Assembly: GCA_000165425.1 (NCBI GenBank)
Contig: CT868660.1
Span: 620,001 to 684,000, forward strand
Length of the DNA: 64,000 nucleotides
Source of the DNA: Paramecium tetraurelia
Lineage: Eukaryota
Direction: 5' to 3'
The position numbers were made by a program, and so were the translations under genes. This document shows, in pieces, positions 26,233 through 40,307 of this stretch (the first letter of the stretch is position 1; each line of letters opens with the position of its first letter). The notes under the pieces were generated by a model. It worked only from the letters and a program-made list of their open reading frames with translations. It ran no database searches and had not been told where the DNA came from.

Positions 26233-27541
26233 TTATAATGAAAATGCAAATTTTGCTATTTCAATTATTATTTACAAAATTTATAATTATTGAAATAACA
26301 CTTTATGAAACTCATATTCTAAGTTAAATTCTTTCTTTAAAGAAGGAAAATATTGGACTATTTATAATACTTGTGTGATAACTATTCAAGAAATGCCTTT
26401 ATATAATTTTAAGACCTAATATTTTTGTTAATATATCTTTCTATTTTATCCTTAATCCCTTTTGAAAATTATTAAAATATTTAATCAATCTAGTTTTGAT
26501 TAATCTTAATTATTATAAGTTCTAATCTATATTCCAAAAATTTATAGAATACTAACTTATTATTTATCTGTTTAATAATATTGATTGATGAATTATTTTC
26601 TAATGAGTAAAGGAAATGGCAGAAAGTAGCTTCCTTTATAATAATATTAGCCAGAAATTTATTAATCATTCATGAGAATACTTAGTCATTGGGTATGTTG
26701 GTTCCGTTAAAAAATTTATTGTTTGAGAATTGTAAAGTGGAAAACAAATTTATAACATAATCTTGAATATTTATCATATATCATAGAATTGATTTGTTTA
26801 TATAACCAAATATAAAGGAGTCATTAAATAAATATCTCTTGATCAGCTATCACGTAAGCAAAATTTCACTTCAAATTGAATTACTAAAAATAATCATTAG
26901 AACTCATAATATTTCCTCGTTAACTATTGAGATTGGCCCAATAAATTTATTTATGATTTAGATAGTGTAAAGCTTTGCATAATTAGATTTAAAAATAAAG
27001 CGAGTTAAACAAATAAATAGTAACTTAATTAATTTTATAATAAAGAATTAATATTTTATATAATTTGCTCCTTATCATGATAATCACACGAGTAAGTTGA
27101 TTTTCAAATAATTGAATTATTTAAATTATGATATGAGTGATTATTTGAAATTATTACTTCAGTTTTTGAATATGCATTTCTTCCATTTTATGAACCTATA
27201 TAACCAAAAAAGGAGAACTATCAAACTAGTTTTAAGTAGAATGTTATCAATAGATAATTACTATAATTAATAAAAAAGAAATCAAAAAAATTAAGAAAAG
27301 TAAAATAAGAAAATCACAATATAAGTATTAAAATAAGAAAACAAAAGGCGACAATATGCAAGTATTAGATTTTGCTTTTTTTTTAATGAAAATGAAAATA
27401 AATTTAATTTTAAATTACCTAAAAATAGTGAACCAAAACTAAATATGAATAGGAATTCTTTCGTATGAAATAATATTGCGCATTAATTGGGAATTAAAGG
27501 ACTGTATATTTTGAAATTATTTCAATATTAATAAATTTGGT

Positions 27542-29673
27542 ATGATGGCACATGCTGATTTCATAGAATTCAAGGCTTCCAGATCCCATTCTCAATACAA
27601 ATTGGACTCTATAGATTTTGATGATTTTGCATACAACTTAAATAAAACAATATACAATTTTTAAAAGTCACAGTAGGGAAAAACGATAGATAAAATGTCT
27701 AAATTTAGAAGAGCTAAGAGCTTCTCTTAAGTCAAAATCAACGAATCAACCAATTCCATCTATTAAACATTCAATAGGAGTGCTCCCGGATTTGACGAAA
27801 ACGAAACCAAAGAACTTATGGAGCTCATCCTCCAATTAGAATATTTATTCATTCTCTACCACAAATTCTATCCAGATCAAAGTAACCCAGTTTTACTCAC
27901 CTCTTATCTAAATTGTCTAACCTACAATAAAGAAAGTATATAATTGACTATTTTATAGAATATTTTGATAATTATACCAACGACATCTCGGAAACCCTCC
28001 AAATGTCAATTTTACGTAATTCTTAATAAAGAATTATTGAAGAAAAAACTGATGAAAACCTAATAAAATTTTTAGTAAATGAGATCAACAGAAGGAATAA
28101 ATATAAGAAAAATATGTAACTTATCAGAAGTGATTTAAATAAATTTTAAAAACTTTAACAAAACTTCGAAATTTAACGAAAAACTAAATAATTAGAATAT
28201 ACTAAATCAAATATGTTAGTGGCATCATTAAAAATAACATTTTAAAATGTAATATAAAAATTTCACATTAGGACTAAAATCAATCAGTTAATGTTCGATT
28301 TCCATTAATTGATAAAAATAAGTCTCTTTGTTTAGATTTTGAGAAGTTACTGAAGTAAGGGGATATTTACGATCTCTTTAAATAGTGGAATAATTACATA
28401 GACATATCCTCATCTCATTCAGAGATAACACTATTAATCTCAATAATCTAAGATCTTTTCCAAGAGGATAGTTGGATCATTAAATCGATTCTAGAATAAC
28501 TATAAAATGAATCCATTATGTCTATCTAAAGAATCATCCTTCAAATAGGAGCATTAACTCAATTCTGCCCTAAATGTTTGACTGTTTTAGACAGAAGTCA
28601 TAAAGAAATTGCTAATTTGCTATAATCGAAACTCTAGCAATATTTGTAGAATTTTTAGATCAACGAAACTCTAAATGTTGAGAAATAAGTGATGATAATG
28701 CAAAACTCTTAGGAAGAATTGTAAAAAGAAGATTAAAGACATAGTTTAGAGAATACTCTATTATAATCAAACAATTTGAAAATGTGTTTAATACCTTAAG
28801 GGTTGATGAGTTAGTTATTCTTCATTCACAGATACTGTGATGATGGTACTCAAGCAGAAGAAGAGGAAGAATAACATGAAAATTAAGTTTAAGTATAGAA
28901 ATAAGATACCTAATAAATAGCACAATTAGAAAATAGCCAAATAAAATTTAATTAATAATTTGTTAGGTAGGCTTCGAGAAGAACTAGCCTAATAAGTTTT
29001 GGATATTCTGAAATGCAGGCAGAATATTCTAATTTTGAACCACTTAGGTAAAAATTAACAGATATGAAAATTCATTCAACTGTATATATGGAAAATGCGG
29101 ATAAGAAGGAATGGAAAAAGATTTTTGATAAAATTAAATAGGAAAAGAATTAAAAGAAAGATGTCCTAAAAACTTAATCAATTTCTTCTAATTCATCATT
29201 TGAAATCAATTGCAATGATGAAAAATTCTTGAAATAGATGAAAGTTTTCTTATAAAATCAATAAATGAGAAGGCAATGATGAAAATTAATGAAATTTTTG
29301 TTAATTTGTATATACAGAATTAAAATTAAAAACATAATTTGATAGATTCTGTGGTAACCAATGATAAATAATCAGAATTAGATGGAACGGTTTTAACAAA
29401 ATAACTCTAAATTTAAGTAGAAGAATAAACTAGGGAATCCTTATTTATAGTAGTTTATTTGAATAAATGTAAAAACTTATTATCCTAATTTACATTTAAT
29501 TATATGTAGGTTGTTTCTTTATTTGTACAAGGAGTATAAATAATTAAATACAGGTTAAAATTCTTAAGCAACTACTTATAATAGTTGGAGATCTAATAAG
29601 AAACGCATTTATTAATAACAATAAGAATTTGCTTACTCTCATCTTAAAGTTTAAAAATATTAATGGAATTTGA
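27542..29673 (+). CDS. hypothetical Q-rich/coiled-coil protein with an apparent frameshift near 29221-29225 (or two genes)
   Basis: MMAHADFIEFKASRSHSQYKLDSIDFDDF... is open with small introns to TGA 29277-29279. A protein-like -1 frame continues, and a plausible terminal TGA lies at 29671-29673. Confidence 0.55.
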
Positions 29674-29699
29674 TTTGCGTATAATTATTTTAAATATAT

Positions 29700-32218
29700 A
29701 TGAATTAATCTTCTATTATCATAGAGGATAATAAATATCGATCTGTCTAGGTAGAGGAAGAGAGAATGCTGACGGCTAAAGCATATGACCTAAGAAAGAC
29801 TTTGATTTCCAAAAATTTTTTAAAGAATGAATGTAAGGAGGAGTTGGAGGATATAAACCAATTATTTGATGAAAGACAATTAAATATATTAAATGACTTA
29901 GCCAACGATAATGGGCAGGACTCGGCTTAAGCTTAACTTAAAACTCAGAGACAGGAAATAAATTAAAGAATATAAACAGCCATAGAAAATGGCTTTAAAA
30001 GACATTCAGTTATGATAATGAAGAAACCTGTTGAGATTAATAAATTCAATATTTAGGTTTTCAAACCCGAAGATAAATTCAGAATCCTTTGGGATTTATT
30101 CACTATGATAGTTATATTTTTTGCTATTTTAATTTTACCTTTGGATATTAGCTTTACAATAGAATCTGACTTTTTCGATAACTTTAACATTGCATCAATT
30201 ACAATATTTAGTTTAGACATTTTGATAAATTTCAATACTTCATATTAATAAAAAGGATAGTACATTTACGACAGAAAATTGATAGCCAAAAATTACTTAA
30301 TGGCTTGGTTTTGGATTGACCTTTGTAATAATTATTGCTATGATAGTGTCCACGTTTCCATTTGATTTGATTATTAATGCATCAACACAAGAAATATTAC
30401 ATTCAGATGAAATTGACGAGTCCTCAAAACAAGATGCGAGAGATAAATAGCAATAATAGTAATAGATAGCAAATACACTGAAGCTCTTAAGAATTTTAAA
30501 ATTCTTTCGATTCATAAAAGTTGTAAGATTATTACGGGTTTTGAAGCTCAAAAAAATATTTTCTAAATTAGAAGATTATGTGGATCTATCAAACTCCATG
30601 ATTTCCTTATACAAAGTCATCAAATTGACATTTATAATGCTGTTTGTTGCACATTGGCTGGCTTGCATTTGGCATTTCATAGCTGATTAAGAGAATATAT
30701 CAGGAGATAACAGTTGGTTGACAGCTTAAGGGATATAGGATAAGGAATGGTATGCGAAATACATTGCATCGGTTTATTGGGCAACTGCTACAATGACAAC
30801 AGTTGGTTATGGGGATATTACTCCAGTGACATCTATTGAAAAAATATTTGGAATAGTGGTTATGTTGTTAGCCTGTTGTATATTTGCCTATATAATGAAT
30901 AGTATAGGTGGGATCTTCGTTTCGATGGATTACAATGAGAAAATCATTAGATAAAAGATGGGTCAAGCCAATCAATTTTTAAAATCGAATGATATTCCTA
31001 AGGATTTACAGGCAAGAGTAAGGAAGTATTTAGAATATAAATACGAGAAAGAGTCCACATAGGTTAATGAAAAGGAAGCTTTAGAAGTGTTATCCTAGTC
31101 CTTGAGAGTTGAGGTGCTAGCTGCAGTTAATACAGATCTGATAAATAATTCTAAAGTCTTTTAATAGAATAAATTTGAAAAGGAATTGCTGCTTCAATTG
31201 CCATTCGAATTAGAGGAATAGATATTTGGACCTGAAGAATGCATATTCTTAGAGGGAGAAGATCCATTAGAATTGGAAAATGGTTAAAATATAGATGAAA
31301 GATGTTTATATTTTCTGAATTAAGGCAAAGTAATGTTATGTATATAAAAAACATTTACATGCCTAAAGGTTTTGGAAAAAGGTTCAACTTTTGGAGAACT
31401 AGGATTTTTTAGCAACAAACCAAGAAGTGCTTCAGTTTATACCTTAGATTTTGTGTATGTTTAGAAATTAAAGAAAAAGAAATTCTAAGAACTTTTGAAG
31501 AAATTTCAAACTCAAAATGAATAGTTTCAAATGAACAAACATATTATTGAACTCAATGAGGATTACACACCCCTTAATCTACCTTGCTTTGGATGTTAAT
31601 AAATTGATCACTTTGCTTACAGATGCCCAAAATTGCATTTCATAGTTAAATTTGATAGGAAATAAGAATTAGTATAGGAATTTCAATTAGCTTAAAAGAA
31701 AGCCAACAAAAATTACAAAAGGCATGATAAAATTAAATATAATTCTAGAGGTTGCTACTCTCTCACAAATGAAGTTGCAAATGAAATAAAGTAAGTTTAT
31801 ATTTCAGAGGACAAACAAGAGGAAGATAGGCTTATGTAGTTATAATAGTAAATAAATATGTTAAAATATTAGGCATAATGAAGAGGAACCAACTTTAGCT
31901 GGTTTTGAAATGCTTGAATAGAGTAAACAAATATAAAATTAACAAGAAGATGAATTTGAGAGAATGAGCCTTATGCATGCCTTTTTCACATAGTTTAATC
32001 TAGATTAAATAATTAAAGCTTATAATGATAAAGTAGATTATATTTTAAATTAATAATAAGAATAAAGTAGAAGCACAAATTTTAAATTATTTAAATAAAA
32101 TAATGGTAAATAGAGAATAAGATCAATGTCAGCTGAAAGAGCAGTTTACTTTGAGAAGCTTATTGAAAAGTATGGAGGACCCTCTCAATTCATATAAAAA
32201 CTACATTAGGAGGAATGA
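29700..32218 (+). CDS. cyclic-nucleotide-binding-domain K+ channel (EAG/HCN-like)
   Basis: FRILWDLF, S4 LKLLRILKFFRFIKVVRLLRVLKLKK, AHWLACIW, pore YWATATMTTVGYGDITP, C-linker LQARVRKYLEY, CNBD TFGELGFFSNKPRSASV. Start inferred. Confidence 0.95.
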
Positions 32219-32415
32219 TTATATTTAAGAACTATATAACTATTTTATCCTTATGTTCTTAACATTTTTTGTAAAATTGAATTTGAAGCAACGTTTTCGA
32301 ATTCCAATAATATCCTTTATATTCTTTTGGTAATATTAATAAATCTTTTCAAAAAGAATAAGATAAAAGATATTTAAATTTATAAAAAAATAATTATTAA
32401 ATTATTAACAAAAAT

Positions 32416-34394
32416 TCACCACAATGAATTTGCTTCAAAGAAATTAGGCGAATATTTGTCTGGCTTTGCATAATTTCTGATGAAGTATTTTCTTAATTCT
32501 TCCCAACAAAATAGACACGTAGAATAGGGGAGACCAGTCATTCTAATAATTAAATTATTAATTTACCTTAATTTTAAAATATCAACTGGTCTAGCACCAA
32601 ACCATGAATTGACTCCTGGAATATAGACTATAAAATAAAAATAAGAGTTTCAAGGAGGACCCCATAAAACATAACTACATTAATTGGAGAATAAATCAAG
32701 GTCATTTTACTTTCTAAATATAGGTCACTATCACTTACATTTGCAAGAGAAGACATTAGACCATTAGACCATTAGACAAGTACAACAGCAACAAATATGA
32801 GGTTTGAGCATATTTAAGTGCTGCTGTTTTGAAACAAGCATTAGTATTAATGGGATATTTGTAGTGACATCAGATCCACTGATACCCATTGAAATACCAA
32901 TATCACCTTATTTCATTGCTGGAGAATCATTTACGAAATCTCCTGTCACTCCTACTACATGTCAGATGTATTGAAATGCTCTTACTATCATCAGCTTTTA
33001 TGCAGGAGATATACGTGCAAATACTACTTAAGGTTTACTGCACCAACTTTTAAGTCTCCTGTCTTTCATGTGCTCAAAGACGTATTCTCCATTTTAACTC
33101 TCTTCCTCCAAAGCATATACTATCATGTCTCCATGAATTACAATTGCTGGTGCCAAATTAAAGGCTTCCTCATAAGATATTCATGGGTTTTCTTCTAACA
33201 AATCGTCTACTGTCTTTCCTGTGATGATTCCAATCGATTTAGCTATTGCACCAGCTGTTGGCGGTTGATCTCCTGTTACCATAATCACCTTTAGACCTGT
33301 TGATTAACATTTTTTAATTGCTTAAGGTACAGTCTCTTTTGGTGGTCCATTAATGATAACAATCCTAAGAAAGTAAATCCTTCTAATTTGAATTTCAATG
33401 TGTCAATTAAGTTCAAATTAAACTTATATCCTTTCTAAAATTCAGATCTTGGTAAATGAAGTTTTGCAAATCCCAAGACTCTCTCACCTCCTTTACCAAA
33501 TGATACATTGACTGATTTGAATTTTTGTGTTATCTACTCATCTATTGGTTGGTTTCTACCTTCTACTAACAAATAACTAGAGAATGTCCATAACTTCTCA
33601 GGTGCTCCTTTTATATATACACAATAATATGAATCCTAAGTCTCCCAATTGACTATACATAATGAGAATTTATTAGTGGAATTGAATGGCAGATTAATTG
33701 TATGTTATAGAACCAGTGAATAAAATGATGGCTAATAGAATAATTGCTATTAACAATAATTTTATAATTTTACCTAGCCATAAATTTGATTTTGCACCAA
33801 ATTGCATTTGGGTTAACACCATACAAAACAAAACACATATAGATGCCACCCATAATAAAATTGAAAATGGTTGAACCATTTCAAGGATCAACTTAATCCA
33901 CCATGGTTTCTTTTTTTTCTGTCAATTTATTATCTCCATATTATTTGTTCTTTGCCGTAGCATATTCCTCAGTTAATCCATCTGTTAAGGAAGTTTCAAA
34001 TCTAGAGATAATCAATACATATCGCTTACCTTTATGATCATTCAATCACATCAATTTTATGTTAATCCATGTTTCTGTACTCTTCAACTTTGTTTTATGC
34101 TTTTTTTAATATATCTTGCTTGTTATTGGCAGGATCATCGTAATTCACAATTGTTTCATTCATTCATAGTAATCCCTTTTTCCTTGATATTAAAACGAGT
34201 CTCACTTTTGCCTATGCATACAATTAACTCTATCGAGAAACCAATGCTGCTGCTTTCAAGGAACTTTTACGAGCCTCCTGATTTTGCCTTAATCCCTAAT
34301 TGACACTCTAGCGAAGTATTTCATATCCTGTAATGATTTGAGGATTGTTATTAGGTGGGAACTCGCCCTCATTTAATTGCTTATACTAGGACAT
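32416..34394 (-). pseudogene. Na+/K+-ATPase-like P-type ATPase pseudogene with two large internal deletions
   Basis: Retains [60 protein letters not shown] and NDSPAMKQGDIGISMG. Lacks TGES, DKTGT and M3-M7. Has in-frame TGAs, frameshifts, TGDGVND changed to TGDFVND, and an 8-bp tandem duplication near 32755-32777. Confidence 0.9.
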
Positions 34395-34500
34395 AGGCTA
34401 TAAATTTAATTAAATATTATCTTGAGTCCTTCTTGCCATCATACGATAAATATACAGAATTGAATTATCATTAATTTAAATCTGTAATTGTTAAATTATA

Positions 34501-36200
34501 ATGAAGAAAAGAATCAAAAGATTACAAGGGTCATCCTACGTGATTTCACTTGAGCCAGAAGACATTTTGGGTCAAGGATCATTCGGCAAGGTGGTGAGAG
34601 CCTACGATCTCGACAATCGGGAAGAATAATTGGTGGCTAAAATAATGGAGATAGGGACGCAGAGCAAATTGGAAACATTATAACACGAACTTACAGTCTT
34701 GGAATAATTCTAAAGTGATCATTAGAACCTTGTTCAATACAAGTAATTTAATTTTCGATCATCAACAGGAGGAAGAAGTTGTAATCAAGCAAAGCTTGTT
34801 ATATTATCATGGAATATTGCAATGGTGGAACTCTGGAGGATAAAATGAAAAATAAATTTTGGTCTGAGGCTGAAGTAATGGACTTCTTAGGTCAATTTTG
34901 CAGTGGCTATCGAGAACTCTTTATGTAAAATATCATTCATAGAGGTATCACCCTAACTAATCATGAAATTAGACTTGAAACCAGCGAACATCATGATTCA
35001 CGATCGATTTTATAAAATTACTGATTTCGGTCTGGCTAAAATAGTGAACACTCTAATAGATAAACTCACAATATCCTTCAAAGGCACTCCTCTTTATATG
35101 GCACCCGAGATGATTCAAGAAGAGGCAACCGCTGATCCCAAGATTGATATGTGGAGTCTTGGCATAATATTATATAGGATGCTCTATAATAAGTATCCCT
35201 TTTTGATTCAAAACAAAAAGTACGACAGAGAAACTGCCTTCTCAGACATCGTCAATAATGCCTTGAATATTCCTTAGACACCAAAGAGGTCTGATTTTAT
35301 CATTTAATTGCTTTAAAGAATGCTTAAAAAATAAAGCAAAGATCGCATAGGGTGGGAAGAATTATTTTAATTACCACAAATAAAAATTCAATATCAACCC
35401 TAATTTAATTAAAACAATTAAATGATATCTTCATCAGTATTTATTTAATAGATGGTCATTCAAAAAGTCTCCCTCATCAAAGTACAGCCATTTAAGAATA
35501 AAAAAGTAATGTCGTTGGTTTCCTAAATCTTAACTGAAGATGATTTGAAAAAGTAAACTGAAGAAAAAGATAAGGAATAAAAGTAAATCTTGAATGAAAT
35601 GATGTCCAACCTCAATCATAAGTATATTATTCTCATACTAAAAGGTTACAAACTCAATTATAAATCAACTAAATTGAAGATATTTTATTTTATTTTCATG
35701 AATAAATATTTTTCTTGGACAAAGTGGCAATGAGAGTTTACAGATTAAATTAAGTTATTCCAGACATCGATTATAACATCACATACAACATTACTTCAGA
35801 AATTTTAAATTAGGCTTTAGCATTAATCCAGAAATTGCAAAAACTGTCCCCACTAAGTGCTGTCTAGGCAAATTTATATAAATCAACTGAAAACTATCAA
35901 ATATTTTAATCTTTACTTTAATAAGATTAATTAGGTTTGGAAGATTTCTATAAAGAAGTTAAGAATAAGATAGTTTCTAATTTAAAAAACCCAATCAACT
36001 AACTTTTTGAGATTATATCAAACCTACCAACAATTAATTCAATTGTTTAAATTTATATTACCATCAAATATTTAAAAGACAGTTAGAATTTAAATGATTT
36101 AAACTTTTCCATTATGGAAGACTTTTGGACTTATTACGAAAATGTCGAGAATACCTCAGAATAGGATGCTTTAGAGTATCTTCAAAAAGAACTCAATTGA
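34501..36200 (+). CDS. Ser/Thr protein kinase
   Basis: LGQGSFGKV, VAKIM, MEYCNGGTL, IIHRDLKPANIMI, ITDFGLAK, GTPLYMAPE, DMWSLGII. Confidence 0.93.
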
Positions 36201-37119
36201 CTGATTCTGTTTCGTATATCTTTAAAACAAAAATAATAATAAAATAATTTACATTAAATGATTATTTATTTTAAGATACATATTCCTCCATAATATGGTA
36301 ATTTAAATTAATCAAATAATTAAAGTTTAATAGTAAAGCTAAAGAAATAATCAATGTTAAACTTATATTGATAACACTTACATGATATTTAATATTAAAT
36401 GACAAATCATTATTTATTATAAATTAATGGATTTAACTTCATTTTATCTTATCTTCTTACATTAAATGCAGAAATTTTCCCTTGTGGGAAGAAATTCAAA
36501 TTCTCCTTTTTATCTATTATTAAAGAAATCAACATAAATTTACTATTCTATTTAAAATTACAATTTAATATTTAGCACAAAGACTTCATAATAAGAATGA
36601 TTGGTCATTTTTGAATTGTAAATTGAATCTCTAAATCAATAATTATAGATTCTTCTCAACATTATATTCTTAATTGCAATTATTATATTTTTAGCTAATT
36701 TATATTCTAGTAAAGTTAACATCATACTATAAATATTTTATATACTTTTTATGTGGGAACAGTAATTTATACTTTATATCTATGTGGTATCATATTAAAA
36801 ATTGTAATTAAAATAACACTTTATTGGTAGGAAGGATCATCTAGATGTAAGATATTTTAGATGACTTTTTAACCGTATTTTATAAATAGAATGAATAACC
36901 ATTTAAAAGAATCTCATTTAATTAGCAAATTAATAAATGAGTTTCATTTTTAATTGTTTATTAGTTTAGAAATAACTCCGTAAATTTATATATAATTGAG
37001 AGTATTAAAATAATGAAATAATCATTTAGACAATGTAATTAAAAATAATATCCAGATAAATATAGGAATAGTAATTAATTAAATTAATTCTGATATGATT
37101 AAATTTACTTTATAAATTA

Positions 37120-38375
37120 TCAACTCATTGGTTACTACATTTATCCAAATTAATTAGGAGGTGGTGGTGGTGGAACCTATGGATAATTGTAATTTGATTA
37201 TTAGGTCTGATCCTTCAAATACATGGTACTGTCTGTAAATTATACAATTTAAGGTTGGAAAATCTAAGGATTCCAATTAGAAGGCTAAACTATTGGTTAA
37301 TTATAAATTTAAGGGACAGGTGCAACGATTTCAATTGGAACATTTACTTTAGGATGTTTACTACAACAAGTACAACCTAAACTATAGAAGCAATATGAAT
37401 TTACCAGCTAGAACTGCTTAAATTTCTAATCTGTAGACAGATTTAACTAACTGTCCATTAGATGAAGGACGTAGACCATCTTATGAACTCTTATTGTGTA
37501 AAATAAGTTGGATTTATTTCCTTTCATTTTCAACTGCTCTTTCTCCTGCCATAATTCCTTGAATTTATTATGAAACAATTGTTCTAGTCAGATGCTTTTC
37601 TCTTCCTGTTCTATCCCTTAAGGTTAGGTAATTAATTAATCTAGCTTCGATCCTTGTGACATCCAACTTGCAGTTAGAATTATCTAAATCAGCCCATAAG
37701 TAAGCAGTGTCTCCAGGAAGATAATGATTTTTATCAAACACACATTTTATATGAGAAGTCTAATTATAATTTTACATGATTACTCCTTAGTCGATACAAC
37801 ACCAAGTAGATGCTTTTACTTCCATTTCTCCCATCAATGCAGCCATATTCTACTTCAGTGGTTCTCTAACAACAAGTGATTATGAATGTTCGATGCTTTT
37901 ATATGATTTGTTGTAAGATTCAATTTCAGCTTTGACACTATAAGAAGTTTTAGCTAAATAGCTGGATCCTTTCTCAAAATAAGATCCTGGTAGATGAGAC
38001 AACAATTAAAATTGAAAAGGAAAGGTATATTACCCAACTGGTAAACAAGGAGTATTAAAGGTCCAAATAGCCACACGATGTTAATAAAATTAAGTTTAAC
38101 CGGAATAGGTAATATATTCTGTGGTTTGCTTTGGCTTACCATCAGGGCCATTAGTGTTACGGGTTCGACTTTCCGTCCAATTGCATTTCTCTTTGCCAGA
38201 TACTTTCAATAATACTACACCACCAGGATATCCGTCCCTGTATATATTCAGATAGATGTTTCCTAGGTTAATTTATTAGGCACTCCATACCTGTAACGAT
38301 TTCTCCTGCAAAATAGAAAGGTTTATCAGTTCTGATATATAACCCTCCAAAATCTGATCCTTATTAATTTCCCAT
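37120..38375 (-). CDS. arrestin-domain protein
   Basis: MGNQQGSDFGGLYIRTDKPFYFAGEIVTG...KVSGKEKCNW...GQYTFPFQFQLLSHLPGSY...YSVKAEI...FDKNHYLPGD; proline-rich tail YPQVPPPPPP. Confidence 0.88.
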
Positions 38376-38478
38376 AATAACGTTTATTATTGAAATCCAT
38401 ATAGTGTATTGTTTTATATTCAAAAATGAAAAATAATGTGGAATGTATACTGTTAATAAATATATAGAAAGATTTTAA

Positions 38479-39102
38479 TCAATTCTTCATCCTTGCTTAT
38501 AACCATTATCTCCAATATTTTTCAGATATTTATTTTTGAACACTTTCTGCGTATAACTGGGCTACCAACAGAGATTAAGCTGGATGATGTTAAGGCAACT
38601 CTTTTTTCATTTCTAAAGCCAATTCAAAAAATCTTCTTTTTGCATCCTGATCAACTATTGTAATCCTTGATTATGTTATGCTTCCATATTTTTAATTCAT
38701 ATCTTATATTGTCCTATAATCTTGTCCAATTTCGCTTGGACCCCTTGATAAATTTATATCAACTGGAATCTTGAATTCAGGTTAATTCTGAATATTTGCT
38801 GATACTTTGCTTTTCTAAAATTTTGTAGGAACCTATGAAGCTGCTTTATGAGGAGAACAACCATTTGAAAAATCATCAGAATCGCTATCATCATACCCAT
38901 TTGTTTTCTTGCAATATTTTTATTCTAACTATTCCAGGTATGTTTTTGTGTCCATCATCTAATGATTGGGTTTTGAATTTGGGTATTTCTAATTGTTAAA
39001 GTTTGTTAATATATTTCCACATTCATATGATCCAACCCGTTAGACATCTTTTAGACTGTTATAAGTTCCATCATAAGAGGACAAAGCTCTGCTCTCAGTC
39101 AT
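38479..39102 (-). CDS. hypothetical protein
   Basis: Intronless ciliate-code ORF MTESRALSSYDGTYNSLKDV...YAESVQKQISEKYWRQWLQARMKN*. Confidence 0.7.
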
Positions 39103-39937
39103 TTCGGTTAAATTAATATTATTTCTCTATTTAATATTAGTTTATGTCAGATCAACCGATATGTTTATGCAATTCTAGTGACAAAGAATATCCTGATTCA
39201 AGATTCTCTGAATATCAATAAATGTTTGCAAATAAATAACTAACTGCAGCTTTAGAGCAAAATTAAAATAGTTAGCCAAAAATATGAATACCATTCTACT
39301 ATTATGAGAATGATAAAGAAGGAGAGTTTTAATACTAAAATGCTTGATCAAATTGAAAAATAAGCAAATACCTAATATTGTTTTCAGTAATGCATAGAAA
39401 TAAGTTTATGTCAAAAAACTAAATATTCATTCGAATTACGATTAATTAATTAGTGATTATGAGCATTGAAATTTCGAAATAAAATAAGTGGAATTCTCAA
39501 AGATATTATTAGAATCTAGCAAACTTTATAGATGTAAATGGATATGTGAAATAAATTAGATAGAAAATATAGAGAACTTTAATTAATCTAAAGAAATGAA
39601 TTGATGATAGATATTCCGAATAAATACTAAATTAATGAGTTTATATAAGTATAAAATAATTACAATCATTTCAATTTGTAATTCTTTTATTCATATAGAA
39701 TTTTATATGTAAAGAAATGCATGAGTTTTTTTAGAGCCCAGATTGAATATTTATACAATTGAAGCACTAATAACAAAATATGTCAAATTAATTTCTATAA
39801 TTAAACATTTTTGTGTTTCAATCTGGTTTAGATATTAAAGCAAAAATTTCTAACAAAAATGGTCATCATATACTTCTTTGTATTTTAAGTAAAATCCAAA
39901 CACTTGAATTAATGATCATTAGTGTTAATGAATTAGC

Positions 39938-39950
39938 AAAACCCATAAAT
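39938..39950 (+). promoter_or_regulatory. upstream sequence element (USE/PSE-like) of the SRP RNA gene
   Basis: AAAACCCATAAAT about 60 nt upstream of the RNA start, matching the CCCA(A/T)AAA-type upstream element of ciliate small RNA genes. Confidence 0.6.
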
Positions 39951-40002
39951 TAATAAAAAAAATTAAACACGTAATAAATAAAGATTAAAGTGTAATTGAT
40001 TA

Positions 40003-40307
40003 ACCCAGGCTGGGGCAACTTGGCTGTCACTTTATGTGGGTTGTAAGAGGATGTTTGATAAGCTGTCATCTGAGAGCTCGCTGAGTCATTTCGTTAAGAG
40101 TCACCGCCCTAACCGAGCTCGTAGTCACTTGTGGGATCCATCAGTAATGAGGGTTTCACTAGTGTTGAAGAATCTCGCAATGGCTTAGGCTGGAAACAGA
40201 GCAAGCAATAGGGATCGCTATGAGCGGCGGAAGGATACCGGACTCGTGAAGTGATGTGGCTTATCGTGGCACTTATTAAGCAGAACTCTGAAAACAAACA
40301 ACTCTTT
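40003..40307 (+). ncRNA. signal recognition particle RNA (7SL/SRP RNA)
   Basis: GC-rich island of about 300 nt. Helix 8 GCTT-AGG-CTG-GAAA-CAG-AGC-AAGC at 40183-40206. 5' Alu hairpin GGCTGGG-GCAA-CTTGGCT with a TGTCA (UGUNR) motif. Long-range pairings GGGTTGT/ACAACTC and GATCC/GGATC. Confidence 0.93.

Noticed and set aside
39144..39765. Possible plus-strand gene MSDQPICLCN
   Set aside because: Early TGA and frame breaks; could not build a model.
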